Origin: Cyclobacteriaceae bacterium
GTDB taxonomy: Bacteria > Bacteroidota > Bacteroidia > Cytophagales > Cyclobacteriaceae
Assembly: GCA_965224285.1 (NCBI GenBank)
Contig: OZ245043.1
Coordinates: forward strand, 4,323,909 to 4,387,908
Reading direction: 5' to 3'
DNA: 64,000 nt
Below the pieces are notes generated by a model. The model was given only the letters and a program-made list of their open reading frames with translations, had not been told where the DNA came from and ran no database searches. This document shows positions 39,901-49,434 of the stretch, in pieces. The translations under genes and the position numbers were made by a program. Position 1 is the first letter of the stretch, and every line of letters begins with the position of its first letter.

Positions 39901-39954
39901 AATGGCAAATACCGACCAGCCCGCAATGGTGTTTAACTTGTTAAATTTCGGCAT
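36952..39954 (-). CDS. DUF2723 protein: GT-C-fold, TMEM260/PMT-like putative glycosyltransferase with C-terminal TPR-like region
   Basis: Conserved N-terminal loop [31 protein letters not shown], more than 10 TM helices and a helical-repeat C-terminus. Start set to ATG 39954 ([13 protein letters not shown]). Confidence 0.8.
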   Translation of the reverse strand: [1000 protein letters not shown]

Positions 39955-40143
39955 ATCCTCACGGATGATCATAACGGGCGAAATTAATAAATAATAAGGC
40001 AATGGCCTTAAAAATGGATTTTATTATTTTTGATATATTCCAAGGTCATATACGGCTGAAATAACGTATATGGATAATAGTCTAGTATAGAAGTAAGACT
40101 AAATGAAGCGGTAGCAGCGTTAATGGTTAAGCAGGAATTGACA

Positions 40144-41340
40144 ATGAAGTTTTCGATCGGATTTTATTCCATAGCAGTAGGAATTTGTACTTTGTTATCA
40201 AATCCCGTTTGGGGTCAATTGGACAGTGCATATCTAACAGCGGATAGCACCATGCTTTTGATGAACCGGGATGTACAGATAGACGCCACTCAGGCGGTTA
40301 ACGATATGTACAATTTCAAGTTCGAGCAGGCGGAAAAACAATTTCGCTGGCTGGTTCAGGATTACCCCGAGCACCCGCTTCCATATTTCCTCCTGGGTTT
40401 AAGTCAATGGTGGCGTATGGCTCCTGATATCAACCAGGAGCAGTATGATGAGGCTTTCCTCCAGTATATGGATAAGTCCATCGAATTGGCTGAAAACATA
40501 TATAAGAGAGATCCCGGTAATGTGGAGGCTAGCTTTTTCTTATCGGCGGCATACGGCTTTAAGGGCCGTTTATACGCGGAGCGCAAGAGTTGGAGAAAAG
40601 CGGCCACCGCGGGGAAGAACTCCATAAAGTATCTGGAGGATAGCAGGGGACAATCACATTTAAGCCCTGAGTTTCTTTTTGGGGACGCCTTGTATAACTA
40701 TTATTCCGTTTGGATACCGGAGAATTATCCCATTCTGAAACCTGTATTAGTATTTTTCAGAAAAGGGGATAAGGAATTGGGGATCCGGCAGTTGGAACAG
40801 GTGGCCAGGAACGCTTTCTATACCCGCACTGAGGCCCAGTTTTTTTTAATGCGCATCCTGGCCATTGAGCAAAAAGAATTGATAAAGGCGCTCCAGGTAA
40901 GTGAGTATCTCAATAAAACCTTTCCCGACAACCCTTACTTCCATCGTTTCTATGCCCGCTTGTTATACACCACCGGGCGACATTTTCAGGCGGAGCGGGA
41001 ATCCTTGGATATTTTAGCAAAGATCGACAGTGGCAGGGTGGGCTACGGTTTGGTTTCCGGCCGCTACGCCAGCTTCTTTCTGGGTCAGATCTACATCAAC
41101 AAGGACCGCCTGGAAGATGCGGAGGAATATTACCTCAAAGCGGTAGATTTTTCCGAACGCTCCGGCGACCTGGAATCCGGCTACTATTTGTATTCTTTAA
41201 TCGGGTTAGGAGATATTGCTTACCACCGCGGCAATGTGAGCGGCGCCAAGCAATATTACCGTCAAGTGACCAAGCAGGCCAAGCGCAGCCATCCAGCCTG
41301 GAAACGGGCCAAGGACCGAATTAAGGAGAAGAGGAGTTAA
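40144..41340 (+). CDS. Secreted TPR-repeat protein
   Basis: Signal peptide MKFSIGFYSIAVGICTLLSNPVWGQ from ATG 40144, and TPR-like helices such as DRLEDAEEYYLKAVDFSERSGD. Confidence 0.6.
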   Translation: MKFSIGFYSIAVGICTLLSNPVWGQLDSAYLTADSTMLLMNRDVQIDATQAVNDMYNFKFEQAEKQFRWLVQDYPEHPLPYFLLGLSQWWRMAPDINQEQYDEAFLQYMDKSIELAENIYKRDPGNVEASFFLSAAYGFKGRLYAERKSWRKAATAGKNSIKYLEDSRGQSHLSPEFLFGDALYNYYSVWIPENYPILKPVLVFFRKGDKELGIRQLEQVARNAFYTRTEAQFFLMRILAIEQKELIKALQVSEYLNKTFPDNPYFHRFYARLLYTTGRHFQAERESLDILAKIDSGRVGYGLVSGRYASFFLGQIYINKDRLEDAEEYYLKAVDFSERSGDLESGYYLYSLIGLGDIAYHRGNVSGAKQYYRQVTKQAKRSHPAWKRAKDRIKEKRS

Positions 41341-42407
41341 GGGTTCTTTGAGTTGTGGAACAATTGAAAGAATTTATCCTGGTGAGCTTCAACTGAGTAA
41401 TATTTAATTACGAATTCCCTACCCTTACGACCCATATTACCCCTGACCTCCGGATTGGTCAAGAGGTAAGAAATATTCTCTTTCCATTGTTCCCGGCATT
41501 CACACAGTAATCCATTACTTCCATGATTGATAATTTTCTTATTAACTCCAACCGATGATGCAACCGCGGGAATTCGTAAAGCCATATATTGAAGGATTTT
41601 AAAACCGCATTTTCCCAATGCCCAGGCAGTGTCGGGGAGTGGCATTATGCCGATGTCAAAAGTACAAAGTTCTTCAATCTCCTGGTCTAATCTCCATGGA
41701 ACATATTGCAGATCAGGGAAATTAAAACCTGGCTCTCGGTTACAGATAACTTTAAGCAGAAAAGGGTGCTGCTGCCAAATCTCCAGTAGCAGAGGTACCA
41801 GAGACTCCATGTAGGGTAAAGTAGAATGAGTTCCCGTCCAACCAACGATCAACTGATTAGAAGGGGGCTTTGGTCTGGGAACATGCAAGTTTACAGTATC
41901 GACGACAGTAGGTATAACCACGGTGTTTTTATTAAAAGAGGACGCATAATCAGCCAGGAAATCATTTCCACAGCAGATAGTGTGGCTCCATTTGCAAATT
42001 TTGGCAGTTTTAGATCTTTGTTTCAATAATCGCTTTACCCTGGTTTCGTTGGGTTTGTCCGCCATCCAAATAGCATCATCGAAATCGTAGATGATCTTCT
42101 TTTTGAGTATTGAACCTAGCAACCATTCCAAAACCGGCGGTCCCAAGGGAATTATTTCCCGATGAATAAATATTTGGTCGAAATTTGAAATACTAAACAG
42201 CCACCGATTACAATTTAGAAGTCCTTTAAGGAACCCTAATAATTTATTGGTGCATTGCCCATTATCATATAAGACTTTAAATGTCTTAGGATCATAAAAA
42301 GTGTAGTATTCATATTCTAAAGCACTAGAGGCTATGAACTGTTCAAATCTGAACCTTTGGGATGGGGCGCTATTAAGGGGATATGGTGCCAGGATGAGTG
42401 TTCGCAT
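41337..42407 (-). CDS. Glycosyltransferase, GT-B fold (GT4-like)
   Basis: MRTLILAPYP N-terminus (start at ATG 42407) and a C-terminal FKILQYMALRIPAVASSVG...NGLL donor-binding region. Confidence 0.7.
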   Translation of the reverse strand: MRTLILAPYPLNSAPSQRFRFEQFIASSALEYEYYTFYDPKTFKVLYDNGQCTNKLLGFLKGLLNCNRWLFSISNFDQIFIHREIIPLGPPVLEWLLGSILKKKIIYDFDDAIWMADKPNETRVKRLLKQRSKTAKICKWSHTICCGNDFLADYASSFNKNTVVIPTVVDTVNLHVPRPKPPSNQLIVGWTGTHSTLPYMESLVPLLLEIWQQHPFLLKVICNREPGFNFPDLQYVPWRLDQEIEELCTFDIGIMPLPDTAWALGKCGFKILQYMALRIPAVASSVGVNKKIINHGSNGLLCECREQWKENISYLLTNPEVRGNMGRKGREFVIKYYSVEAHQDKFFQLFHNSKNP

Positions 42408-42638
42408 AATCAGAAAGCAGGACATGTAAGGTCCTGGTCGGGTTTATCCAAATTGCACCATTTAATTTATATCTTAGCCCGGATTACAAGAATCTGGATT
42501 TTTAGCAAAAATGCAAGGGTTTAACCTAATTCCATCGATATTGATGTTTTAAATTATTACTGATCGGGGATTAATGATTGACTTAGTGATTAATTGATCA
42601 AGGAGTTATTATACAGGATAAGGGAATTTTTTGAACAT

Positions 42639-43967
42639 ATGTTAAGCACGGGATCTTTCGGCAGGAACGTCCTAATAGTCTCTGCAGGAAATGGGCTTGG
42701 TTATGCTATAGGATTTCTATTGACTCCCATTATTGCTAGATTATATCCTCCGGAGGTTTATGGGGAATTTGCCTTATTCAATACTATCGCTGCCCACATA
42801 TCGATCATTGCCACCTTTGGATATCAAAGCACACTCGTACTGGGAAGGAATGAGAAAGAAGTAAAAAACCTGATCCATTTGTGTATCCGTATCTTACTAA
42901 TTGTATCTTGTTTCTCCTGTATTTTTTTGTTACCATGGGGCAGGTCTTTGCTGCGATGGTTAAAAGTAGACGATCTATTGGAGTGGGGCCTGGTAATTCC
43001 CATACTGGTATTTTTGATCGGAATCAGTAGAATTCTGGAATATATAAATGTACGCAATAAGGATTTTATTAAAAACGCATCTTCCAAATTCGGGACTGTG
43101 GTCACCTCAAAGCTCATCGCTATCATCTCGGCAGTAGCCATAACTGCCAATGCCGGAGGGTTATTGCTGGGCGAGGTGGGCGGGAGGTTGATAGGATCTT
43201 TATTATTATTTGGGAAGAGCTTTAGGGAAAGTTTGACCCAAACCGTAAGAATAGGAGAGTTAAAGGTTATTGGTCAGAAGTATAGAAATTACCCCTTATA
43301 TATACTTCCCTCAAATTTTATTCAAATCATTAGTAAACAGTTGCCAATCTACATATTCTCCTGGTACTTCGGATCGCAGGTTACCGGATGGTTTAGCATA
43401 TCCCTCAGCACGGTCAATTTACCAATTATCTTTCTGGGAAGTGCTGTGGCTTATGTGTTTTATCAAAAGGCAGCAGAGATCAATGACCGGCACCATCAAT
43501 TGTTAAAGCAAAAAGTTGGAGATTTTTTCCGGTATCTGGTCCCAATGGGCGCCGTTCCATTCGCGATATTAACAGTGTTCGGGGCTGACTTATTCACTTG
43601 GTTCTTTGGTGAGAATTGGCGGGAAGCAGGGATTTATGCCCAGTATTTGGGTGTAATGGGTTTTTTTCAGCTTGTAAGTCAGTCTATTGCCTCACTGTAT
43701 CGAATATTAAATCAAGAACGCCTGCTCTTTCAATTGAATCTAATTGGGGCATTAGCTTTATCTATAGGACTGGTGATGGGGATTTTGGCTGGCAATCCCC
43801 TGATAATGATCATCATTTATGCGGTGATAATCTCAATACAAGATTTTGTGATTATTATCATGGTTTTTAGAAAATTAAACCTGCACATCCGTTATTTCAT
43901 TCTTTATACTGCCGGGATTTTTGTTTTTGCTACTGGCTTGCTTTTTTTATTGAAACTCAGTTTGTAA
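42639..43967 (+). CDS. Wzx-type oligosaccharide flippase (MOP superfamily)
   Basis: About 12 predicted TM helices; NVLIVSAGNGLGYAIGFLLTPIIARLYPPEVYGEF is typical of Wzx. ATG 42639 is preferred over TTG 42594. Confidence 0.72.
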   Translation: MLSTGSFGRNVLIVSAGNGLGYAIGFLLTPIIARLYPPEVYGEFALFNTIAAHISIIATFGYQSTLVLGRNEKEVKNLIHLCIRILLIVSCFSCIFLLPWGRSLLRWLKVDDLLEWGLVIPILVFLIGISRILEYINVRNKDFIKNASSKFGTVVTSKLIAIISAVAITANAGGLLLGEVGGRLIGSLLLFGKSFRESLTQTVRIGELKVIGQKYRNYPLYILPSNFIQIISKQLPIYIFSWYFGSQVTGWFSISLSTVNLPIIFLGSAVAYVFYQKAAEINDRHHQLLKQKVGDFFRYLVPMGAVPFAILTVFGADLFTWFFGENWREAGIYAQYLGVMGFFQLVSQSIASLYRILNQERLLFQLNLIGALALSIGLVMGILAGNPLIMIIIYAVIISIQDFVIIIMVFRKLNLHIRYFILYTAGIFVFATGLLFLLKLSL

Positions 43968-43985
43968 AGCAGCAATATTTTTCCA

Positions 43986-45245
43986 ATGACCAAGCAAGAC
44001 ACCAGTATTTTAATAGTAAGTGCTGCAGGGCCACCGAAGAGCTCCCCAGAGAGTTTGCAGGTAAGCCGCTATTTAAAATACCTTATGCTTCAGGAAACGT
44101 TTTCTATTACATTAGTAACGGAAAAATTACCATACAAGAACTTTGGTTGGCGCACTTTAGAGCCGGAATATGAATACCTGTTGCAACAGGTTGACCAGTT
44201 GATTGAATTACCGGTTTATTACCACCGATGGGTCCATGGACTTCTGAAAAGAATAAACCCAGGATTGTTCTTTCGACCCGATAACGAATCCCTATTCAGC
44301 AGGTTTCCGGCAAATGTATTCAGATCTCTAAAAATATATCCAAACGTCATATACAGCCGGTCCACACCGTTTAGCTCGGCGGTGTTGGCTAAAAAAATAA
44401 GAGATCGGTTGGGCGTCCCATGGCTTATGCATTTAAGCGACCCTTGGGTTGAATCTCCACATTTCAACCCCCCAAAGCAGTATCATAATTATCATAAAGC
44501 ACTCGAATTTGAATGCTTCAATAAAGCTGATCTCATTAGCTTCACCACTGTAGAAACTAAGAAATTATATGCATTAAAATATCCACAATTTGATTCAAAA
44601 TATTTGGTGCTGCCAAATGTATATGACGATGATAAAATGAGGGTTTTGCTCACGCCGGATACAGGCCCCATCCGGATAGTACATACTGGTAATTTCTATG
44701 GTCAAGGTCGTAGACCAGGATTAATCTTAAAACACCTTAAACACCTTGAAGCCCAATACCCGGACCTACACCGTAGGTTGACCGTTGTGTTCACAGGATT
44801 TCTCAGTGAAGATGCTAAGGCTGAATTAAAGGAGTTTAACTGTCGATCTGCCCGGTATTTGGGGGCGATAAGATTGTCAGAAGTCCTGAAATTACAGCAT
44901 AATGCTGACGTTTTACTTTTAATTGATTGGGAACTACACCCAGAAAAAGCAGTTTTCCAGCTTTCGAAAAGCGTAGACTATCTGGCGGCAAAGCGGCCAA
45001 TTCTGGCCATCACTACTAAGTATAGCGCTATTTATAAGATGGTGCAGGGTAGATATGGTGTATGTTTTGAGCATAGGGATCAACTGGGTCTGTCAAGCGT
45101 TTTGAAAGATTTGGCTGTAAATGGGAGAAACGCCGAAATCTTTTCCGGCTTGCATGATTTGGGAAATCAGTATTCAGCTAATAAAAATGCCTCAATATTG
45201 AGTGATATACTGTTATCAATGGCATCTGATAATAAAATATCATGA
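43986..45245 (+). CDS. Probable GT-B-fold glycosyltransferase (divergent)
   Basis: Two-Rossmann layout with HTGNFYGQGRRP and LSKSVDYLAAKRPILAI (PSK..EYLA-like motif). No canonical EX7E was seen. Confidence 0.45.
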   Translation: MTKQDTSILIVSAAGPPKSSPESLQVSRYLKYLMLQETFSITLVTEKLPYKNFGWRTLEPEYEYLLQQVDQLIELPVYYHRWVHGLLKRINPGLFFRPDNESLFSRFPANVFRSLKIYPNVIYSRSTPFSSAVLAKKIRDRLGVPWLMHLSDPWVESPHFNPPKQYHNYHKALEFECFNKADLISFTTVETKKLYALKYPQFDSKYLVLPNVYDDDKMRVLLTPDTGPIRIVHTGNFYGQGRRPGLILKHLKHLEAQYPDLHRRLTVVFTGFLSEDAKAELKEFNCRSARYLGAIRLSEVLKLQHNADVLLLIDWELHPEKAVFQLSKSVDYLAAKRPILAITTKYSAIYKMVQGRYGVCFEHRDQLGLSSVLKDLAVNGRNAEIFSGLHDLGNQYSANKNASILSDILLSMASDNKIS

Positions 45246-46357
45246 AGATCCTGTTACGCGGCTATTACGGTTTCGGTAATCTAGGTGATGATATTTTAAT
45301 GATAACCAGCGCCAAACTGCTTAAGCAGATCTTTCCGAAATCGAAAGTAATGGTGATGAGTGCAAGCACAAAGGCAGGTTATATTATACCGCTACTGGAA
45401 GAGAACATTGATGAATTACTGGAATATGGTAAGGAACCTGTAGTTGATTTAGTTGTTCATGGCGGTGGTGGTACTTACTATGACTTTGACGGTGGCCCTT
45501 CAATGTATAAGATCCTTAACTTTTTAATAGATGCCATCGGAATCAAAAATTGGGCAAGATTGTATTCTTTATATCGTCGTTTGAAAGGTTGGCAAATCCC
45601 AAAGGATGCAATGCGGATCGGGATTGGCTTAGGAATTGACAAATTTACCGAAAGCTCTAAAAAGTACTATTACAAAATGAGCGAATTATATCAGTTTGAT
45701 TTACTATATGTGAGGGACAAACGGAGTTGGGGCTATGTTAAAAACAGGGGTTTGAATAACAACGTGTATCTCAGTACTGACCTGGCTTTTATGAAGGAAC
45801 TTTGGTTACCAAAATCGGTTAAAAATCTCACTGAACGTGAGGGTATTGTATTTATACTCAAAAACACCGGCCAAAACAATTATCTACAAACTATCCAGTC
45901 AGCTATTGCCCGACTGAAAAAAAAGGGATATAAAATCACAATGTTATTTTTTGAACGGGATCACGATTTACCAATCTGTAATAACTTCGGTTCTGAATTA
46001 TCTTTCGTGTGGGAACCGAAAAAAATTAGGCTGCAGGAATATTTGAAAATACTGGCGGGTCAGCGGTTAGTGATCACTTCGAGGGCTCATGGCGCTATAT
46101 TGGCAGGAGCATTCGATATTCCAGCCATATGCCTGGGAGTTGAACCAAAAATGGAAGCAATAAGAGGAATGTTCCCAAATTCAGGCTCTTTGCTGAGAGT
46201 ACCCTTCAGTGAACATGAGCTTATATTGGCTATTGACAATGGAATGTCAGTAGACAAGGAAGATGTCACTAAAGATTTTGTGATGAATCAAGAAATCATG
46301 CTGAGGGATACGAAAAGAATAAAACGTAAATTGATTGAATATGAGCTGGGTGAATAG
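45242..46357 (+). CDS. Polysaccharide pyruvyl transferase family protein
   Basis: MKILLRGYYGFGNLGDDIL N-terminus and ITSRAHGAILAGAFDIPAICL, both typical of PS_pyruv_trans (CsaB/WcaK-like). Confidence 0.78.
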   Translation: MKILLRGYYGFGNLGDDILMITSAKLLKQIFPKSKVMVMSASTKAGYIIPLLEENIDELLEYGKEPVVDLVVHGGGGTYYDFDGGPSMYKILNFLIDAIGIKNWARLYSLYRRLKGWQIPKDAMRIGIGLGIDKFTESSKKYYYKMSELYQFDLLYVRDKRSWGYVKNRGLNNNVYLSTDLAFMKELWLPKSVKNLTEREGIVFILKNTGQNNYLQTIQSAIARLKKKGYKITMLFFERDHDLPICNNFGSELSFVWEPKKIRLQEYLKILAGQRLVITSRAHGAILAGAFDIPAICLGVEPKMEAIRGMFPNSGSLLRVPFSEHELILAIDNGMSVDKEDVTKDFVMNQEIMLRDTKRIKRKLIEYELGE

Positions 46358-47084
46358 TTGCAAAGAATGGATAATGCAAAGGTTGAAACGAAGCGCGGAC
46401 CATGGATGGGCAGAACGAGTGTATAGAGATCAACAGAGACTTAAAATAGTTTTGCCAGAGCTGCTTGAAGCTGATTCAAATTGCATAGATGTAGGAGCAC
46501 ATAAAGGAAATTTTCTAAATCACGTTTTAAAGTATGCCCCTAAAGGTGAGCATTTAGCATTCGAGCCACTCCGCGAGTTATACGATCAATTAAAGTTGGA
46601 CTATCCGAACATTAATATTTACAATCTGGCATTATCGGACTACAAAGGTAAAGCCACCTTTATAAAGGTGGATAACGCACTCGCCTGGAGCGGTTTTACG
46701 GAGCAGGAATACCCTATGAAAGTTAAAACCACCCAAATGCAAGTGCCCGTTGATAAACTAGATAATATTATTTCTACTTACTTTCCAGTACATTTTATAA
46801 AGTTAGATGTTGAAGGAGCGGAATTACGGGTGTTAAAAGGTGCTTCACGTCTTTTAAATGAGAACAAACCTATTGTTCTTTTTGAATTTGCAGCAATTCA
46901 CACTACAGAATACGCTACTGATCCTAAAAAGATTTTTCAATTTTTCAAAAAATATGGAATGAAGGTATATAGACTTGATATGGAGGTTCAGTTTGATCAG
47001 GAAGGCTTCGAGTCCGTTTATAACAGTTCTTACCTCTCGAATTATGACGAGCGTGCAGAAACCAATTTTATTGCTTGTTCTTAA
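46335..47084 (+). CDS. FkbM-family methyltransferase
   Basis: IDVGAHKGNF...FEP...LSDYKGKATF...FIKLDVEGAELRVLKGA pattern. The start is ambiguous: TTG 46335, ATG 46341 or ATG 46374. Confidence 0.78.
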   Translation: MNMSWVNSCKEWIMQRLKRSADHGWAERVYRDQQRLKIVLPELLEADSNCIDVGAHKGNFLNHVLKYAPKGEHLAFEPLRELYDQLKLDYPNINIYNLALSDYKGKATFIKVDNALAWSGFTEQEYPMKVKTTQMQVPVDKLDNIISTYFPVHFIKLDVEGAELRVLKGASRLLNENKPIVLFEFAAIHTTEYATDPKKIFQFFKKYGMKVYRLDMEVQFDQEGFESVYNSSYLSNYDERAETNFIACS

Positions 47085-48322
47085 TGAAGAATCGTTCAAC
47101 ATGCAAGAACATCCTACTAATTATCCCTAATGTAGACTTTGGTGGCGCTCAGCGAAGTATTTTCTATTTGGCGTCCAGTTTGAGTAAAAAACATAAGGTC
47201 CATGTTTGTGCCTTTAATACCTCTACCGGAAAAGCAATGTTAAAAACAGATCAGCTAATTGATCTGAAAATACCAGCAGGTAGGAGCTGGCTGGGAAAAT
47301 TGTATCGGTTTTATCAAAGGTGGGAAGCGATTAAGCGTATAAAAACCCAACTGAATATTGATACTTCTATCAGTTATTTAGAAGGAGCAAACTACCTTAA
47401 TGTATTAAGTCGTGCTCATGACCGGGTAATCATTAGTGTTAGAGGGAGTAAATTTTACGACGAGACTATATACGGTTTACTGGGTTGGTTCAGATTATAT
47501 GTTTTAGTTAAGATCATTTACGGCTATGCTGATCAAGTGGTGGCATTAAATCGAGGAATAAAGAACGAATTAGTCAAACGATTAGGCCTTAATACAGACA
47601 AGGTTATAGTGATCCGAAATTACTTTGATTATGATCACATTATGACCATGGCATTTGAGCCTTTGTCTCTGTCTCATGAACCACTGTTTAAGAAAAAAGT
47701 TTTACTTTATGCAGGCAGGTTGGCGAAGGGCAAAGGACTAAAAGAGATCGTGGATGTTTATAGTCAGCTAATTAACAAGCTACCTGATTTAAAATTGGTT
47801 TTTCTGGGGGACGGACCTTCTCGAAATGAAATAGAGAGGTACGTCGATAATTTTGGACTTACATATAATTCACAATCCGAAAAACCAGAGCAGGAAATCA
47901 GTGCAAACGAAACCCAGGTATGGTTTTTAGGCTTTCATTCCAACCCCTTCAAATTTTTGCGACGGGCTACGGTTATGATGATAGCGTCTTCCTCTGAGGG
48001 AGGCCCCAATATTCTGGGTGAGGCAATGGTCTGTAAGACTTTAGTATGCGCAGTCAACTGTCCGTATGGTCCTGCAGAACTAATTTTAGTGGGCAGTTCC
48101 AAAAATGTTCCTAACAACATATCCTTTGAAGGTGACCATGGAGTTTTACTACCAGTTATTACGGCTGGAAATCGGCCTGATATTATTAATGAGTGGACCA
48201 GAACCATTCATAAATACATAGTCGATGAATCGGCCAGAAGCCTTGTTGAGGAAAGAGCATTCCAGTGGATCAAGCTTCAAACTGAACACCGAATTACCTC
48301 ATTGTGGCAGAAGATACTTTAA
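47084..48322 (+). CDS. Glycosyltransferase family 4-like
   Basis: ILLIIPNVDFGGAQRS N-terminus and SSSEGGPNILGEAMVC (E-x7-E region). ATG 47084 overlaps the upstream stop (TAATG). Confidence 0.78.
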   Translation: MKNRSTCKNILLIIPNVDFGGAQRSIFYLASSLSKKHKVHVCAFNTSTGKAMLKTDQLIDLKIPAGRSWLGKLYRFYQRWEAIKRIKTQLNIDTSISYLEGANYLNVLSRAHDRVIISVRGSKFYDETIYGLLGWFRLYVLVKIIYGYADQVVALNRGIKNELVKRLGLNTDKVIVIRNYFDYDHIMTMAFEPLSLSHEPLFKKKVLLYAGRLAKGKGLKEIVDVYSQLINKLPDLKLVFLGDGPSRNEIERYVDNFGLTYNSQSEKPEQEISANETQVWFLGFHSNPFKFLRRATVMMIASSSEGGPNILGEAMVCKTLVCAVNCPYGPAELILVGSSKNVPNNISFEGDHGVLLPVITAGNRPDIINEWTRTIHKYIVDESARSLVEERAFQWIKLQTEHRITSLWQKIL

Positions 48323-49434
48323 CTAAGGTACTAATCATCGAAAATTCGAACTCAGTTACCGGTTCCTTCAGGTCTCTGTTTGCTATGTGTGAGTACTTGC
48401 AGGAAGATTTTGATTGGTATTTTGCAGTTCCACACGGCTGTTGGGCAACATTCAGTACGCAACCAGATCGCATAACCATATTTAATTACGCTGAGATCAC
48501 CAAGTCCATGGAGGTCTTATGGTATTTTCCTAAGTTAATTTACCATCTAATAAAGGCAGCTATTCTAATTAAGAAAAATGGAATTCAGGTGGTTCATGTT
48601 GGTGATATTTATAATATGCTAGGTGTTGGGCTAAAATGGTTGTATCCTGAGCTTAATTTGATATATCACATAAGATTAAGGAGATCAAGCTACATAAAGC
48701 ATCTTTACAATATTTGGAGATGGTTTATTATTAAATCTGCCAACCATATTATCTGTGTCTCCAAGACAGTGGAATATGAATTTGGTGCTACGGGAAAAGT
48801 GCATGTAATATATGACGCCATTGATGAGAGTTGGTTAAAGCGTACTGAGATTTCCTGCCAACTTCGATCAGTATTCCGGTTTTTGTATGTAGGGAATTTT
48901 GTTCCCGGCAAGGGTCAGGATCTTGCCTTAAAAGCATTTAATAAGTCACATAAACAAATAGGTGATTGTGAACTGCGATTTGTTGGTGGAACTCTTAATC
49001 GAAAAAAGAATCAGGATTATTTAAGATTTCTTAAAAAACAAGTGCGAGTATTAAAACTTCAGGAGAAAATCCGGTTTTCAAATTTCACAGAGGATATTAA
49101 ACAGGAGTTGAATAATTGTGACGTATTACTTAATTTCTCTGAATCTGAGGCATTTTCAATGGTATGCCTTGAAGCACTTTCTCAGTTCAAACCTGTTATA
49201 GCTACCCGAAGTGGAGGCCCGGAGGAAATTATAAAAGATGAAATCAACGGATTTCTTGTAGATAATAGAAATGTAGAGGCAATGTCCAAAGCAATGATAG
49301 AGATTGCAGGAAATAGTGAATTAGTAAAAAAATTTAGCTCCAACGCCAGGTTGGAGTTTAAGCACAAGTTTAATTTGCCAAGGCTGGCAGCAAAGGTGCG
49401 GTATCTATACAGGAACGGAATTGGGGCGTCATGA
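48304..49434 (+). CDS. Glycosyltransferase family 4
   Basis: SESEAFSMVCLEALSQFKPVIATRSGGPEEIIKDEINGFLV (EX7E). GTG start overlaps the upstream gene by 19 nt. Confidence 0.82.
   Translation: MAEDTLTKVLIIENSNSVTGSFRSLFAMCEYLQEDFDWYFAVPHGCWATFSTQPDRITIFNYAEITKSMEVLWYFPKLIYHLIKAAILIKKNGIQVVHVGDIYNMLGVGLKWLYPELNLIYHIRLRRSSYIKHLYNIWRWFIIKSANHIICVSKTVEYEFGATGKVHVIYDAIDESWLKRTEISCQLRSVFRFLYVGNFVPGKGQDLALKAFNKSHKQIGDCELRFVGGTLNRKKNQDYLRFLKKQVRVLKLQEKIRFSNFTEDIKQELNNCDVLLNFSESEAFSMVCLEALSQFKPVIATRSGGPEEIIKDEINGFLVDNRNVEAMSKAMIEIAGNSELVKKFSSNARLEFKHKFNLPRLAAKVRYLYRNGIGAS

Noticed and set aside
42446-42499. Imperfect inverted repeat ATCCAAATT / AATCTGGAT upstream of the glycan operon, considered as an invertible (phase-variable) promoter.
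   Set aside because: It is only 9 bp with a mismatch, the arms are ~36 bp apart, and no recombinase lies nearby. That is too small for a Bacteroides-type invertible promoter. At most it is a weak operator.
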